A stretch of DNA of 64,000 nucleotides, from positions 57,166,001 through 57,230,000 of the forward strand of contig NC_058382.1 of NCBI RefSeq assembly GCF_018350175.1. Reading direction: 5' to 3'. Position 1 is the first letter of the stretch. Each line of letters starts with the position of its first letter. The notes under the pieces are model-generated. The model saw nothing but the letters and a program-made list of their open reading frames with translations, searched no databases and was not told the DNA's origin. Of this stretch, positions 1-15,654 are shown piece by piece. Position numbers and translations under genes: made by a program. Source of the DNA: Felis catus. Lineage: Eukaryota.

Positions 1-231
1 AAGGCAGCAGAGCTGATAAGCTGCTCTCACTGGCTTCTCCTGCTTCCTGACACCAGAAAAACCATGCCACCCGGCACGGAGGACTGCTCACCTTTCCCCC
101 AGGTAGGACGGGGGGGGGGGTGGGGGGGGGGGGGTGAATCCGACCAACCTAAAAGTGAGTTACTCAGAGGTCAGTTACAAAGAAGCGGCCGCAGAAGCAC
201 CGCTCGGAACCAGCCCCTGCCTAGCAAGTCA

Positions 232-768
<537 letters not shown>

Positions 769-2936
769 GAGAGGTAATTTCAAATGAGTCGTTCAGGTAA
801 GGACCAATACTCCCAGAAATACCCGAGACGGCGTTAGGTTCTCCTGAGGCTCCTCACGGCTGTCCAAAGGCCACGCTCTCTGCCACCTGTGTGCTGGGCC
901 GAGGCCATCATCTCGTACACGGAGCACCTTCTCTCTCTTTCCCTCCGTCTCAACCTATCAATCACCCTGCGGCCCAAGACGCACTTGGCCCTCGGGCTTC
1001 TGCAATCTGAGGAACCCTTCCTCTGACCAGCACGAGACTTCACGCGATCATGACCAGCATCCACTCACACGTTCTCATCTCACTTTCAAACTTTCCCCGG
1101 GTGTGCGTCCCGTCCCCACCAGATCCCACACTTCTCTGCCACCTTCAGGAAGTCACGGTTCTCAACTGATCACCTGCACGGTGCTTCCCTTCCTCCCAGG
1201 GAACCCGGGAACGACCCCCTAGGCCCTCGTCCTGAGCCCCTCACGTGCCAGACAAGGTGCAGAAGAAAACCACCTAGTTCTCCTTAATACCTCAAGTGCA
1301 CAGATCTGCAAAGAAATCAGAGTGAAACAAATCACAGCAACACGACGTAAGTCAAGATGAGGCCGAAGTGCTTGAAAACCACAAAGAAAAGCGTGGACAT
1401 GATTAGGCGACGACAACCCCCTGCAGGTTCCTGAATAAGAAAACTGCTAGAATCCATCCGACGAGCAGGAACCGACACCGAGGAAGAAGAAGGAAGGTAC
1501 CGCTCCCGGGGGCTCCGGGTTCACAGTGCCCTCCGTTGGAGGCCGTCCTCCCGAGCACGGTGGCCTCGGGCCTCCGTGACGGGCAGCGAGGCTGAGGCCC
1601 AGGGACGGGAGGCCCCCACGGCCTGTGCTGTCCCACAGCATGACCCCACATCGCCCCGGTGGGACACAGGCTGGATTCTGGGGGGGGGGGGGGGGGGGGG
1701 GGGGCAGAAACGGGAAAGGCGGCCAAAGGGAAACACGTGAAACGGGGAAACGAGAAAACCGGAGGCGATGACCCGGTACCGACGCTCCTCGTGGTGGAGC
1801 CGCGGCTCGGGGATGCTGACGCCCGTCACCCTGCGGGTCACACACGGCACAGACGCCCGGCAGCACAGCCGCTCCAGAACCCTGGGCCCCCGCACAAGAA
1901 GATGGCATCACTAACAACTACCGGGCCGGGACCCTGCCACCCACAGGCAGTTTCTGACCTGGACAAACGTCAACCTCACACGGTGCGGCCTGACCCTGCG
2001 CCCGGACCCTCTGTGTAAGTCCGTCAGCCCTCACGGCCCGGCACGCGCGCCCAGGGATGTCGCCGCACGACGCGGCGAGTGACTTGGGGCCGCCGCGCAC
2101 ACGTCCTCCCCCCTTACTGGGACTGCGGAGCGGGGGAGGCGGCCTCTGCCTTTCCTCCTCCTCCTCGGTAGTTACCTCACGCCCTCCGCACGGCACCGAA
2201 CCGCGCACATCCCGGGAACCCGACCAGGAGGAAGACGCGTCCCGCTGCAGAAGCGTGTCGGCGCCAGAGACGACTTAGGCACATCACGCGGAATACAAAC
2301 CGGAGCCGCGGGGGAGAGCCAACAGCGGTCCCTGAACAGACACGGGCGTACTGCCTACGACCCCCCGGCCGACGTCTCGCCTCCCACGCCGCTTCAGCTC
2401 ACCGTGACGACCCGGCACAAGCGGTCCCCTCTGCTCCCCTCCGACCGGCCCCGTGTGTCAACCCTCAGAGGCCATCGGGTGTGTCACGCCACCCGCACTT
2501 TCATCTCCGTCCGCCCTGCTGCGTCTGAACCCCGTCTTTCCTAAGAAGGCACCCGTCCCGTTTACCGCCTCACCCCCGGGCCTCGCACAGAGCGGGCCTC
2601 GCTAAATACTGCAGAATCCACTCCTTTCTAGCAGCTTTACTTTTCTGGGTGTTTTGGTTTGTTTTTTTTAAGTAGAACAGAAACTGCAGGCCTCCAAACT
2701 GATCACGGCAAAATAATGAAAATAAACAGACAAACAAACAGAAACAAGACGGGCCTGAGCTGACCAGTGAGGCAGTGGGTGGTGGGCACCTGGTTCGTCG
2801 CACGGTCTGGCTGGTCGTGAGCGGAACGTTCCCACGATACAGAGCTTCAGACAGACGGACACAGAATCAGACCACAGATCTACAGTTATTTGAGGGGGAA
2901 AGGCACCTCCAACTCATCCCTGTGAGGAATACTTAC

Positions 2937-3004
2937 CCGTATAGAGGCCCATCGTTGCCAATAGCAGAAACCATGATTACGTTGTTAGCCGTTAATTCCC
3001 ACAC
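2937..3004 (-). CDS. MBTPS1: MBTPS1 exon 8 (68 bp), includes oxyanion-hole Asn motif SAIGNDG
   Basis: Encodes VWELTANNVIMVSAIGNDGPLY(G); cgtag| acceptor and GG|gtaagt donor. Too short for the ORF track. Confidence 0.96.
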
Positions 3005-3472
3005 CTACGGGACGAGCAAACATTTAATTATGAAAACATACCGCTCTCAAACAATCAACACAGAACTATCCAAAAATACCTACGACTCCTAAAAATAATC
3101 CTCGAAAAAGAAGGGTGCCCTCGAACACGTAACACTAGACCCTCGCAGGCATGGATGTTTGCCAACTGGCGTTTTCGCGGTGCTGAGAAAACGGGCCTCA
3201 TCACGGACCTGAGAAAACGTGTCCATCGCGGGCCTCACGATGGACACGGAGGAGCCCGCTCTCCGCGCAGGTGCAGAAAGGCGCTGTTCGGAGCAGAAAC
3301 CAACACGGCACAACGTGCGGCCTCCAACACAAGTCCCCGAAGCTCGCGCCACCGCCCATCGTCCTCACTAGGCAATTGCCTCGCGGGTGAGGGGCCGCCA
3401 GCACAGCAGGGACGAAGCGCTCAGAGCAGAAGCCATCAGGAGCACGGTCCTTTGTGCGGGGACACGACCCAC

Positions 3473-3589
3473 CTTGTCGACGAAGGGATGGTCCATGAAG
3501 TCGGGGCCGCCGATGCTGAGGTTCAGCACATCCACCTTCTTCAGGATGGCGTAGTTGAAGGCGTCCAGGAACCAGGAGGTGTAGGATAC
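3473..3589 (-). CDS. MBTPS1: MBTPS1 exon 7 (117 bp)
   Basis: Encodes [39 protein letters not shown]; actag| acceptor, AAG|gtgggt donor. Confidence 0.96.
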
Positions 3590-4832
3590 CTAGTTCAACG
3601 GCCAAATACGACTTTAGGGGCCTCAGGGAGCCTCCAGGTGCCACAAGAGGGTTTTGTTGCCAAGGGCAGAGTACAGCCTCTGAAGCAGCGTGACGCGTTA
3701 ACTTCGATTCCAGAAATAAAAACCGAGAACAAACAGTGCTCCGAAATATAAACTCTGGCACCTGGAAATTCTTAGTCCCTGCAGCTGGACTCGAGGGAGA
3801 GCCGCGTCCTGAGGGTGGCTTGTCTCTCCGGGTTGAACGTCCAGCTCCTCAGCTTAACGTACACCTGCCGGGGTGAACCCCCAAGCCTGTAACTGCCCCT
3901 CCTTCAGAGGATTTATCCTAAGACACTTCCCTTTGAGAGTTTCTACGTAGGTTAACGTATTTGTCTAGGTTCTTTATTCCTCAACAGACTGAAGGGCAAA
4001 CCTCATAAAAAAGTTATTTCATAAAATTATTTCTCTGATGTTCCATTTCCTGGCAGAGTCAAATGGCTTTCTGTATCACCGTTCAGATGTTTTTATAAAA
4101 TACTAAATTAAACTTCTAGTACAAAAGGGGTTTAAGTATTTGTTTAAGAATTTAAGATTTCTGTTTCTTAAAGGCTTTTAAAAACAAAACGTGTTTACGT
4201 TTGCTTGTACAGGCAAAAAAAAATTACAGGAAGAGGCGATACATGAAACGGAGAAACTGTCACGGGGGAGACGTGAGGTGTAAGGGAAACCCCCCGCGGG
4301 CCGGGAAAAGGTTGGGGGGATTTTCCCCGTGTTGCCTTCAGATATTTTTGAGCTATTTACCATGTACGCAAAAATAAAATCTGAAAAGTAAGTAAACACG
4401 AAGACCCTCCCCCATTCTATAAATATTTAGGAGGCGAGGAAGCGGGGTCGGGAAGCACACCGCCCAGCGTGACACCAGGGGCCGTGGTATGGGGCCGGCC
4501 CTCGAGCCCGTCACCACACAGCAGGGGTGGCAAACACCAACGTGCCCTTCTTCTCTCATCTAGGAAGCACAACGTGCCCACGGACATGGGGGCCCAGGGG
4601 CCCAGGAAGGAATGAGACGGGGACGAACCACCACGGCCCTCGGAATGGGGTCTTCAGGGTTCGCGGGAGGCCGACGGAGGCGTGGTGGCAGAAGGGCGAA
4701 GCCACAAGGAAGGGGCAGTGGTGGGACGGCAGGGCCCGTGGGAGACACGGGAAGGGGCTCGGCATCGAGGCGGCTGCTGCTTCTAAATCAGCGTGTGTCC
4801 TCCCATGTTTTACTTTCCACGTTTCAGTATCA

Positions 4833-5054
<222 letters not shown>

Positions 5055-5305
5055 TCAAACGGGCTCTCTTCCCCCGAGCCCTGGACCGACCGAGCCACGC
5101 CGCAGCCGCCTCGATTCTGGGCACCCCGCCCCCTCCCAGACGGGCGGGAAGTGCTCCTCCGCCAGACAGCCCTCGCTGCTCACACTCTACCCCCCCGACA
5201 GCCCGGGATGGTGAGACGTTTCTGCCCAAAGGCACACGAGCTTGGGTTTGTCTCAGTGACCGCTGCACCGGCTGTGGGATCAGCACACGGAAAACCGTAC
5301 TCTTA

Positions 5306-5551
<246 letters not shown>

Positions 5552-6114
5552 CTACTCCTCCTGGGGACTCAGAGAGAATGACCTGTCACAGAGGCCCAGA
5601 GCCCGCCCTGCGCGAGTCAGGTCAGGCGCTCCAGGGAAACCGGTTGAGCCAAGACGAGGAAAAGGGGATGCTGGGGGGAGGGGGGAGGGGGGGTACCATT
5701 CACCTGCGGCTAACAAGACTTGAGGTTCTCGGGGCGTGTCTGGGGACACCCCTCAACTGTCTCCCGGGCTCCGTCCTCCACAAAGGAGTGGTTTCCCCCA
5801 GGTCTCCACGCCCTCATCTCCTCAGAGAGGCCACGGAGAGCGAAGGCAACCAACAGGGAACACACGCTCAGGAGAGGGGACACTACTCCCAGGCCTTCAC
5901 GGACGCTGCTCGCTAATGACCTCTGACACGGGGGCTGCCGGAGGCAAGCGGGGACGATCACATTTTAAGGAAAAGCACTATACTGTGCACTTGGCTATAC
6001 TTCGGACACGGGCCAAAAGCTGTGGGCACGGATGTTGAGACGGATACTGCCAGATGAAGAAACTCTAGAGACTAAGTAACAAATATACGACCTTCGTGGT
6101 ATTTAATAGCTAAG

Positions 6115-6350
6115 GGGGGCGCCTGGGTGGCGCAGTCGGTTAAGCGTCCGACTTCAGCCAGGTCACGATCTCGCGGTCCGTGAGTTCGAGCCCCGCGTCA
6201 GGCTCTGGGCTGATGGCTCAGAGCCTGGAGCCTGTTTCCGATTCTGTGTCTCCCTCTCTCTCTGCCCCACCCCCGTTCATGCTCTGTCTCTCTCTGTCCC
6301 AAAAATAAATAAACGTTGAAAAAAAAAATTTTTTTTTTTAAATAAAAAAA
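6115..6350 (+). mobile_element. Young CAN-SINE (SINEC_Fc-like)
   Basis: GGGGCGCCTGGGTGGCGCAGTCGGTTAAGCGTCCGACTTCAGCCAGG head, poly-A tail, TSD taatagctaag. Confidence 0.93.
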
Positions 6351-7024
6351 ATAATAGCTAAGAGACGTCAGGAAGGTGGGGTCTTTCCGGTGTGAGAGCT
6401 GCATTTACGTATGGGCATTACGTGGAGCAATCCATCACACGGAGATAACCGACACCTACTGCTTACGTCTGAATGGTGCACACGTTATCTCAAAAACCAC
6501 TTGGCTTAGGGGGACAGAAAATGCTCTTCTGATTAGAGAGAATCTGTTCTGGGAAGAATTCTCATCCTAAAAGGAGAAAACCACGAGGCGACGCTCACTT
6601 AATAAAAGGTCAGTCCACCAGGCGTGAGCGTCTAAGTGGCTAGGATATTCTGCGGGGCGGGAGCTGAGGAAATCAAGGGAGACATAAGGGTCTCCAAGGC
6701 TGGGGGGACACGGGGAAGGACCCCGAGACCGGCATGACAGATGGGGGCTGGAGAAACTTCTGTCTGGGTCAGGGGACGAGCCCCACAGTAGTCAGGAGAG
6801 GAGTTTTCTGCCGTGATCCATCAGTGAGGAAAAGCCGCACTGGTTGGGAGTTTTCGTTCCCAGGAGGTGGTCCCCAGTGCCATACGCAGCCTGTACCCCG
6901 TGGAGCAGACGGTACAGAAACGATACAGGAAAGACGGACAGAGCGGCCACAGAGACAGACGCCCGCGCGGCAGAGGGCAGAGGGGGCAGCGGCGGGGGGC
7001 GGGCGCGGGGACGGAGGCACCCAC

Positions 7025-7216
7025 CTGTGTAGCCCATCTGCCACAGCACGTCCGCCTGCAGGGTCTGGGCCACCTGGCGCGGGATGGCCCTCAGCAGCCG
7101 CCGGCTCGAATGCCTTCCCGTGGCGTGCCAGAACCCGGAGCCCAGGGACAGGCTGGCTCTGCGCAGGGGCCGGGACGACTGCCACTTGCGGCTCCACCGG
7201 GTCTCGTTACAGGGCG
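7025..7216 (-). CDS. MBTPS1: MBTPS1 exon 4 (192 bp with the only available AG; homologous start would be 7228, 204 bp); includes prodomain cleavage site RRLL|RAIP
   Basis: Encodes [63 protein letters not shown]; donor G|gtgggt at 7024-7023. The 5' boundary is uncertain (see findings). Confidence 0.88.
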
Positions 7217-8061
7217 CTGCGGGGTCGGCGAGAGCCAAGGGGACAGGGGTCAGAAAAGGAGCCGCTCGGCAGCGACCCGGCAGCCAGGAGGGAAAGAGGA
7301 CGACCGGCCCTGGACGGCCCGGGCGGCGGAGGGGCGGTCTCTCCCTGCGGCTGCACCGACGGGACGTCGGTCCGCGATCCTTATTCTCCCCCAACAGTCC
7401 TCTGCCCGAGATTTTCTAACTGACGGAAGGCACAGCGGGGCCGATAAAATAACGTTTAAAGAAATAAAAGTCCATCGCGACTAAAACTGGAAAAATAAGA
7501 TTTGCCTGATTTTTCCTCAGCAACTGGTTCTCATTGAACCAGAAGGTTTAAAACAAACAAACAGACAAACAAAAAAAAAAAAAAAAACCAAGAAAATGGC
7601 CACTGACCACCGACCACTGGTGACGGGTCCCAGCACTGGGCTTCTGGGACAACAACAGACACGCGAGCCCATCAGGCCGGTCTCTGGTCAAACATCAGTA
7701 GGACCTTTTCCCAAGTGTATACTGCTCCCGCCCCTCAATGTGCCAACCAGAGTGTCCCCAGTGTCCCCTTTCAAACAGCAAAACCAGAAAGGAGTCGGGG
7801 GGTTTCTGAGGACGATGAGCTGAGTCGTATCTGGATTTTGCCGGTGGACAGCCGGCTGCACACTTACCAACGCCTGCCAACCTGTGCGCTGAAAACCATG
7901 AATTTCACTATCTGTAAATACCTTACTTTGTTGAAGATGGAAGAAAAAAGCAAAAGAAACACCACGAAAGCCATCCTTACCTTTCAGGACCCCGGTACCA
8001 TGAAGAAAAATTGCATCTCGAATCAGTTTTCAGAAGAGCACATCCAAACTACCACTGAAGT

Positions 8062-8260
8062 TTTTGTGTTTTTTTCAAACATTTAAGAGAGAGAGAGAAC
8101 GGGGGAGGAGCAGAGAGAAAGGGAGAGAGAGAATCCCAAGCAGGCTCTGCGCTGTCAGCACAGAGCCCAACGTGGGACACGAGCCCACCAACTGTGAGAT
8201 GATGACCTGGGCTGGAATCGAGTTGGGACGCTTAACCGACAGAGCCACCCAGGCGTCCCT
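8062..8260 (-). mobile_element. CAN-SINE
   Basis: Reverse-complement SINE body ending gccacccaggcgtccc. Confidence 0.88.
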
Positions 8261-9799
8261 CAAGTTCTGTCTCTATAGCAAACGACTCCTTCTTATTCCT
8301 GTCTCATCAGGCTCCCCCATGAAAGTGCAGGGAGCCAGAAAAACATATAATCCTGTCAATCCCATTAAGTAATTCTTTGCACAGAGCAACTGAAATTATT
8401 CCGCACTCGACGCGCCACGGTGACTCTGCTCTCGGAGCCCACAGCGTGGGGCCACACCGGGGGTGCCGACGGCAGAGCGGTGCCGTCTACCCGACGCAGA
8501 CCAGACCCCACCTTGGCAATGAGCTCGGCTCCGGGCTTCCCTGTGGAAGAGCAATTTATTAGGAGAACCGGACAGTACTGGAAGGAAAGCAGTTAAAAGG
8601 GTGAGTGCACTTGAACCCGCATCACTGCAGGGACCGCTGACGGATCTGGGGAGGGGAATCTGCCAAGGGCAGCCCCGTGGACCCTTCGCAGTATAAGCAC
8701 TGCCGTGTGGGAAACAGGATAACTCTGTCTTACAGCCAGGGACAGAGCCAGGGATGGGATCCAGGGTGGGACACGTTCCAGCCAAAATAAAGCGGAGCCT
8801 CTGAACAACAGAGCCAGAGAAATACGCAGCATTTCATGTCTATTTACATCCTGCACATGCTGCTAAGCTCTCACACGTGCACGATTTTCCTTCATTTCCG
8901 TGAGAACCCTAGGAGACAGGGGGCCTTTCTTCCGTCTGCTGGACGAGAAGACTGGAAGCTGAAAGGAAAGGTGCTTCCCGCACAAGGCAGCAGATGACGA
9001 CAGGACTGGCCCGTGAGGCGCGCGGTTCCCGCTCGCGCTGGCAAGCGCCACACCTGACGATCAGGGCAGAGGGCGTAAGGAAAGGAACCCGACCCTGAGA
9101 TTCTATGACTGCTGTGCTGAAATTAGAAATTTCCACGTTTCTTGAAACGTTCTGGAGCTGTCTACACTAACTATACGAGATTTGTTTTGTTTTTATCTTC
9201 CTGAATTGTTTTGAGGTTTCAAAGAGAAAAGGCATTACAAAACATCTGGACCGGTACAAAGAGCTCGAGGAAGCGAGACCCCCGAACTCTGCAGCCGCCC
9301 CGAGAGCCGGCTTGTCCCGCTACGTGCACAGGAGCTTGGCTCCCCCAACGCCTGGTGCTGTTTCTAAACCTCAGTGGCTCTCGGGCCTAGCACCTGACGG
9401 ACAAAGGGACAAAAGCAAAATTTTATTTCCTTCCTTCCCATGAAAGAAATGACAGTAAATGATACCGGAACTCACGATTTGTTACCCTAGTTTATGACAA
9501 ATGGGAAAAAAAACTTTTCTTTGGTAATAAGCAAGCTTTGGAAAACACTATGTAATAAATAAGCAATTCAGTATTGAAGAACAAACTCTATCTTGACAAG
9601 CCCAAGTTACCGACAAAGGGGAAGGAGTAAGCCCTCGAGCTGAAAGGACAATCATCAAACTGCTGCCGTCCTCACACCCGCAGAGCTGAGGGCTCAAAGG
9701 AGGGCCAGCTAACCTGGGCAAGGTCAGGAGGTGCTCAGAAAAACAAAATGAAACCCAGAGAAAGGATGTTTTACAAGATTCCTTAAAAACAAACACACA

Positions 9800-9995
9800 A
9801 GGGTGCCTGGGTGGCTCAGCTGGTTAAGTGTCTGACTCTTGATCTCGGCTCAGGTCACAGTCTTGCGGTTTGTGAGTTCAAGCTCCGTATCGGGCTCTGC
9901 GCTAATGGTGCGGATCCTGCGTGGGATTCTCTCTCCCTCTCTCTACGCCCATCCCTGCCTCTCAAACCAACCAACCAAAAAAAACCCAACTTAAA
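9800..9995 (+). mobile_element. CAN-SINE
   Basis: gggtgcctgggtggctcagctggttaag head and A-rich tail. Confidence 0.88.
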
Positions 9996-10349
9996 AAAAC
10001 CCCACACCGACAGAAGCACATCACAACCCAAGAGGGGAGTCAAAGACACCGTCTCCCACTTCAGGACGGAGGGACGCAGGGCCTCAGGTATGCAGGCGCC
10101 GAGGGGCGCCGGGTGAAAATCCCTTCCAGCAGCAGCAAGGACCACTATCGTCCTCCGCTGAAAACTGGCAGATTTCTTCCCACCAGAACAGCAGGAAGCC
10201 TGTTTTTCGTTTTTTAAATTCCTGGCAAGAAGACATTCACAACTGACGAAACCAGATGAAGGGACTCGGGTATCGAACCATTTCTCCGCTATTCTGCCAG
10301 TGTGGAACGGTGCACGGGAAGGTCAGGGGCAGGGTGGTGGGGCGCATCA

Positions 10350-10727
<378 letters not shown>

Positions 10728-11340
10728 TTACAATGGAAGATCGTAGCTAGGCTACCATTTCTCAGGTAAAAGAAAACTTTACAGATCCCAAAACCTACGG
10801 TACGAGCAAGACTGAAAGCCTGGTTTAAATGCCCTGGATGGCAGCTTCCGGAGCCCTGAGTTAAAACGATCTGTACGAATCCCCTGACATCACACAAAAT
10901 TGGATACCTGTGCTATTTTTCAAAAAGCGAATATTAACCCAAGTTCAAACATGTGGCAAAGAGATGCGTGTAAGTTTCTGGAATACAAAAAAGGGATTCA
11001 GAGATAAAGGTTCAGTTTTATTTTACTGAAACGGTAACAAAATTTCAAGTGGATTCTCGCAGACTACTGGTTTGTTCACATCTGGCCTCCCCACACAAGC
11101 AGTCAGCACCTCCCAACTCCCCACCCTCAGCAGCTACAACGGCATCTGTTCCCAAGAATCAGGTTTTAGGGAACTAATTCCGAACGCCAATCTCCTTGCC
11201 TCACAGAAACTACCTATATTGGGAAAGCAAATTTCAGTAGTGCGAACATCCAAGCGCTGTGAGCTCACCTCATTTAAAATTACTGAGGAAAAAAGGGAAA
11301 GGTCTTTTTTGACAAAAGCCAAAGTTTGAAATTAAGTTTA

Positions 11341-11881
<541 letters not shown>

Positions 11882-12762
11882 CTGCAAAACACAGCGAGCC
11901 GGGCGAGGGCCAGGGCCCAAAGATGCCCAGTGAGGATGTGAGACAGACGTGCACGGGCGCGCGACACCTTACCGTTTCTTTCTTTAGTTACTGCTCACTT
12001 CTTCCCGGGGAAAAGGAGATCGAAGACGGCGTCAAAGATAAGAAAGGACACGGAGAAGAAGGGGCATGGCGGGCAAGGCCAGGAACACTGCCCACCCTGG
12101 CGGCCAGATGGGAGGAGGGACCCCGCTCCTGCCGCAGACCATCCTCCTCACTCGCGGCCCGTCCTCCCCAGGCTCCTCCCCAAGCCCCTACATTTCTCCA
12201 ACTCTTCAGGCAGGAGCGTGGTATACAGCCTAACCTTCTACTGTAAAGTTAACACCTAAGAACAAAATACGAGTCAAACACTTGCCACTGTCTTTTAAAA
12301 AACTATGCTGCGAAGTTACTTAAATGACACCTTTCTTCTGCCAAGTCTATGAAGAGAACACAGAAGGGTTTCCACAGTCACTGAATTTATTTTACATGAA
12401 GCCTCACCTTGAAGAAATCTAAGCTACTAAATAGGCTATAAAACCAGATCACCTCTTTACTGGGAAGTGATACGGGAGGACAGCTTGTGAGACAAAGTGC
12501 TGCCAGAGAAAAGTGTCATCGGAGTGTTAAATTTCACGCAGGCACAGATCCCTTCCCAATACGTGAATGGCAGGAGAAATGATTATTCTTCACAACGAAA
12601 AATGGAGCAGCAGTAAAACATACATATACACACACACACAGCGATAGCATGCACAGAAAAATCCCACTGAGTTTTCACTGATCCCACCAGAAACATAAAT
12701 AATCCAGCAAGGGGAACACAAATCAACGAAATAAGACAGGCCTCACACTGCTACCTGTTTCT

Positions 12763-12764
<2 letters not shown>

Positions 12765-12814
<50 letters not shown>
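12765..12814. repeat. (AC)25 microsatellite
   Basis: Perfect dinucleotide run. Confidence 0.97.
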
Positions 12815-12816
<2 letters not shown>

Positions 12817-15168
12817 AGGACCAGGAATCAGCCCCCTTTAAAGAGAGGTAACAAATTATTAAAACCCATTCCTCAGGCAGAAATCTGGTGTTTTAGAGCA
12901 ACAAGGACTTTGTGGTTTCTGGAACTATTTGTATGTGCATCTATACACAGGAAAATACTCATAAAGCTAGAGTATCTAAAGAAGTTTGGAAAGTTTAATA
13001 TTTAGGATTTCATTGCTGTCACAACACACGATCCTGAAAAGCAGGCCTTCTCTGGCCCTGGAGACTATGGCTGGTTGAACAGAGCTCGTCAGATGGAAAT
13101 GAAATTTTAGAAGTTATTTCCATATCAACACGAAGAACAACAATGTGAATGCCAACCACAAGAACAAAGAAATTAAAACCAAAGATCAGAACGGAAAGAC
13201 CAAAGGAAAGCAACAGGGGACACCAAATAAGCCACAATCCACTTGGGAGTGAGCCCCAATTTTTATTTACACTTGACACTTGCAGTGATGAGATATCACA
13301 GAATACAATTACATGAAGCATATACCTCACTTAATTACAGTATTACTGGTCAAAGAAGATAGAGCTCATCACTGGTACTAAGAGTTCTCATGTTATATTA
13401 AATGAATTTATAGTGGAAAAGATTTAAATGGGTCTCTCATTCAATTAAGGCAAGTTTTTTAAAAAAAAACAAAAGAAATCCCTGCACGTCTCCTGCCTCG
13501 GGCCAAACAATCTAAGACGTATTTGGACTACACATTACAAATATTAGCAAGCGATACCAGTGAGCAAACCTTAGACCTAACTGTGTCAGAGCCACTTTAA
13601 TTAAACCTGATCCAAAATAATTCACCCACAGGTACAGACAGCGACCTCATACCATCTAGCCCACATCGAAGAAATGGCTGATGTTCTTGTACAAGTGAGG
13701 CAGGCGACTGACTTTAAAAGACAGAGAAATGGGAAGAAAAGGTTAAAGGGGTTTTAAACTTTAAAAACGCCTAAGGTAACAGGCTCTCTCCCAAACAGAA
13801 AAATTAAACTTTTTAGGTTCTGGAAAATGGGACACCGCAGTATCCCTAAGCTGTTCTGTCTACGTTTGCCCAGGACACCATACAGTTTCGTATCGTGCTG
13901 TCCAAGTGTCCGGTGTGGCCCCGCAGGGAGGCCAGAGATGAACGCCAAGGGCTAAGCAAAGCGCGGGCCGCCACCGCAGGAGCGTGCACGCGCGGGGCCA
14001 CGACACCGCACCGAGAGTCGTTCTGGGTCCGACGGGAGGCCTCTGCTGATGAGGTGGAGGGTAGCGGGCTCTGGCAGAGCCGGGGCTGGTAGGGCTGGAA
14101 GTCACGGAAACGGGAGGGGAGCGGGGCAGCCGGAACAAGCTACTACGTCACAGACCGGGAGCACACGGGGCGTGCCGAGCACCCGCAAGTTCCCCGCACG
14201 GGAGGGAGGCCCCGCGACACCAACCTGGAGACGCAAGGCCGGCGGGGAACGGGCCCCGCCAGCAGGCGTGGGCCCGGAGCAGACCGTGCAGCAGGCACCG
14301 GGAGGAAGGCGTGTGGAGGGAGAACGGAGCCCCGCGGGGCTGCCGGGCGGCTCGGCTCAGCGGTCCGACTCCCACACCACACACGGCCGGGCTCCGAGCG
14401 GGTGGCAGGACCAGGGCAGCAAACAAAACCCAAGGGAAACCCCGACCTCAGGGCGCTGACCCAGCACACGTGTGCGCGCGCGCGTGTGTGTGTGTGGGGG
14501 GGGGGATACACGAGTAACACATGTGGTATCTAGCCAGTGACATCTACCTCTATTGTGAGAAGAGGAAAAAAGGGTGAAGGGGAACACGACGGTGGGGATG
14601 GGAGCGCCGCGCCAGCCTCGCCAGTCTCGCCAGTCTGGGAAGGGGGATCTGAGGAAGCTGGGGGCCAGGGGGGCGGAGCCCTGCAGGCAGAGGGGAAGCC
14701 AAGTGCAGAAGGCCTGGTTTGTGTGAGGAAAGCCCAGAGGCCAGAGTGGCGGGGGGGGGGGGGGGGGGGGGGGAGGGTCAGGAGAGGGGCCAGGACAGGT
14801 GACCGAAGGGGAGGCAGACAGGGAGGGCCTCGTGGCCGTGGCCGAAGGGAGGGAAGGCAGGATGTGACCAGAGGCTCCGGGCAGGGCAGGAGAGGCGAGG
14901 ACGTGGAGCAGGTTACAGACGTGGAGGTGGTGAGGCGGTCTGCTGACAACCAGATGTGGGGGGCACGCACGAAAGGAGCCAAGGACGAACGGAGACCTTT
15001 TGGCTGAACACAGACGGCGTCTGCCCCTGACCGAGACGGACGACGCGCAGGAAAAGCTGGCGGGGGCACGAGCGGGGGCGGAGCTCTGAACTTGTGAAAA
15101 TTAGGGTGAGCACTAGCAGTGGGGAAGCATGGCTCAGGGCAGAAGGGAAGAGGGAGGTCGAACACCTA

Positions 15169-15375
15169 GGGGCGCCTGGTGGGGGTGGGGCAGGTTAAAC
15201 GTCCGCCTCCTGATTTCAGCTCAGGTCAGGAACTTGCGTTCATGGGTTCGAGCTCCGGACTGGGCTCTGTGCTGACAGCACTGAGTCTGCTCGAGGTTCT
15301 CTCTACCCCCTCTCTTTGCCCCTAACCTGTTCGCTCTCTCTCAAATAAACAAACATTTAAAAACAAATAAAAACA
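15169..15375 (+). mobile_element. CAN-SINE (diverged)
   Basis: ggggcgcctgg head, gttcgagc B-box, A-rich tail. Confidence 0.85.
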
Positions 15376-15654
15376 AAAATCCCCCAAAATCTGTGAAAAA
15401 GAATTTCCATGATGAAGGGTAGTCAAATGAGAAGAGACTGCTGGTTTAACAATTTAAGGGTCACTGATTCCTTCCACAAAAGGGCCACACTAGTGAACAG
15501 CGGCCTGCTCCAGCCTCCAAACCCACCGGTGGCTGGAAGGAAGACACCCTCAAATAGAAAAATCCCATGGAGATAATGGTAGGGTTGGAAATGATGGCAG
15601 GAGACCCCTCCCAGTTTTGTTTGGATATGGCTGACCTGCTTCTATTCTTTGAAG

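Noticed and set aside
6115..6200. tRNA-like A-box/B-box sequences here and in many other places
   Set aside because: They are heads of tRNA-derived CAN-SINEs, followed by SINE body, CT tract, poly-A tail and TSDs; not tRNA genes.
6734..7484. Plus-strand ORFs of 205-229 aa antisense to MBTPS1 exon 4 (likewise 3155-3751)
   Set aside because: GC-rich antisense shadows of real exons with no independent coding signal.
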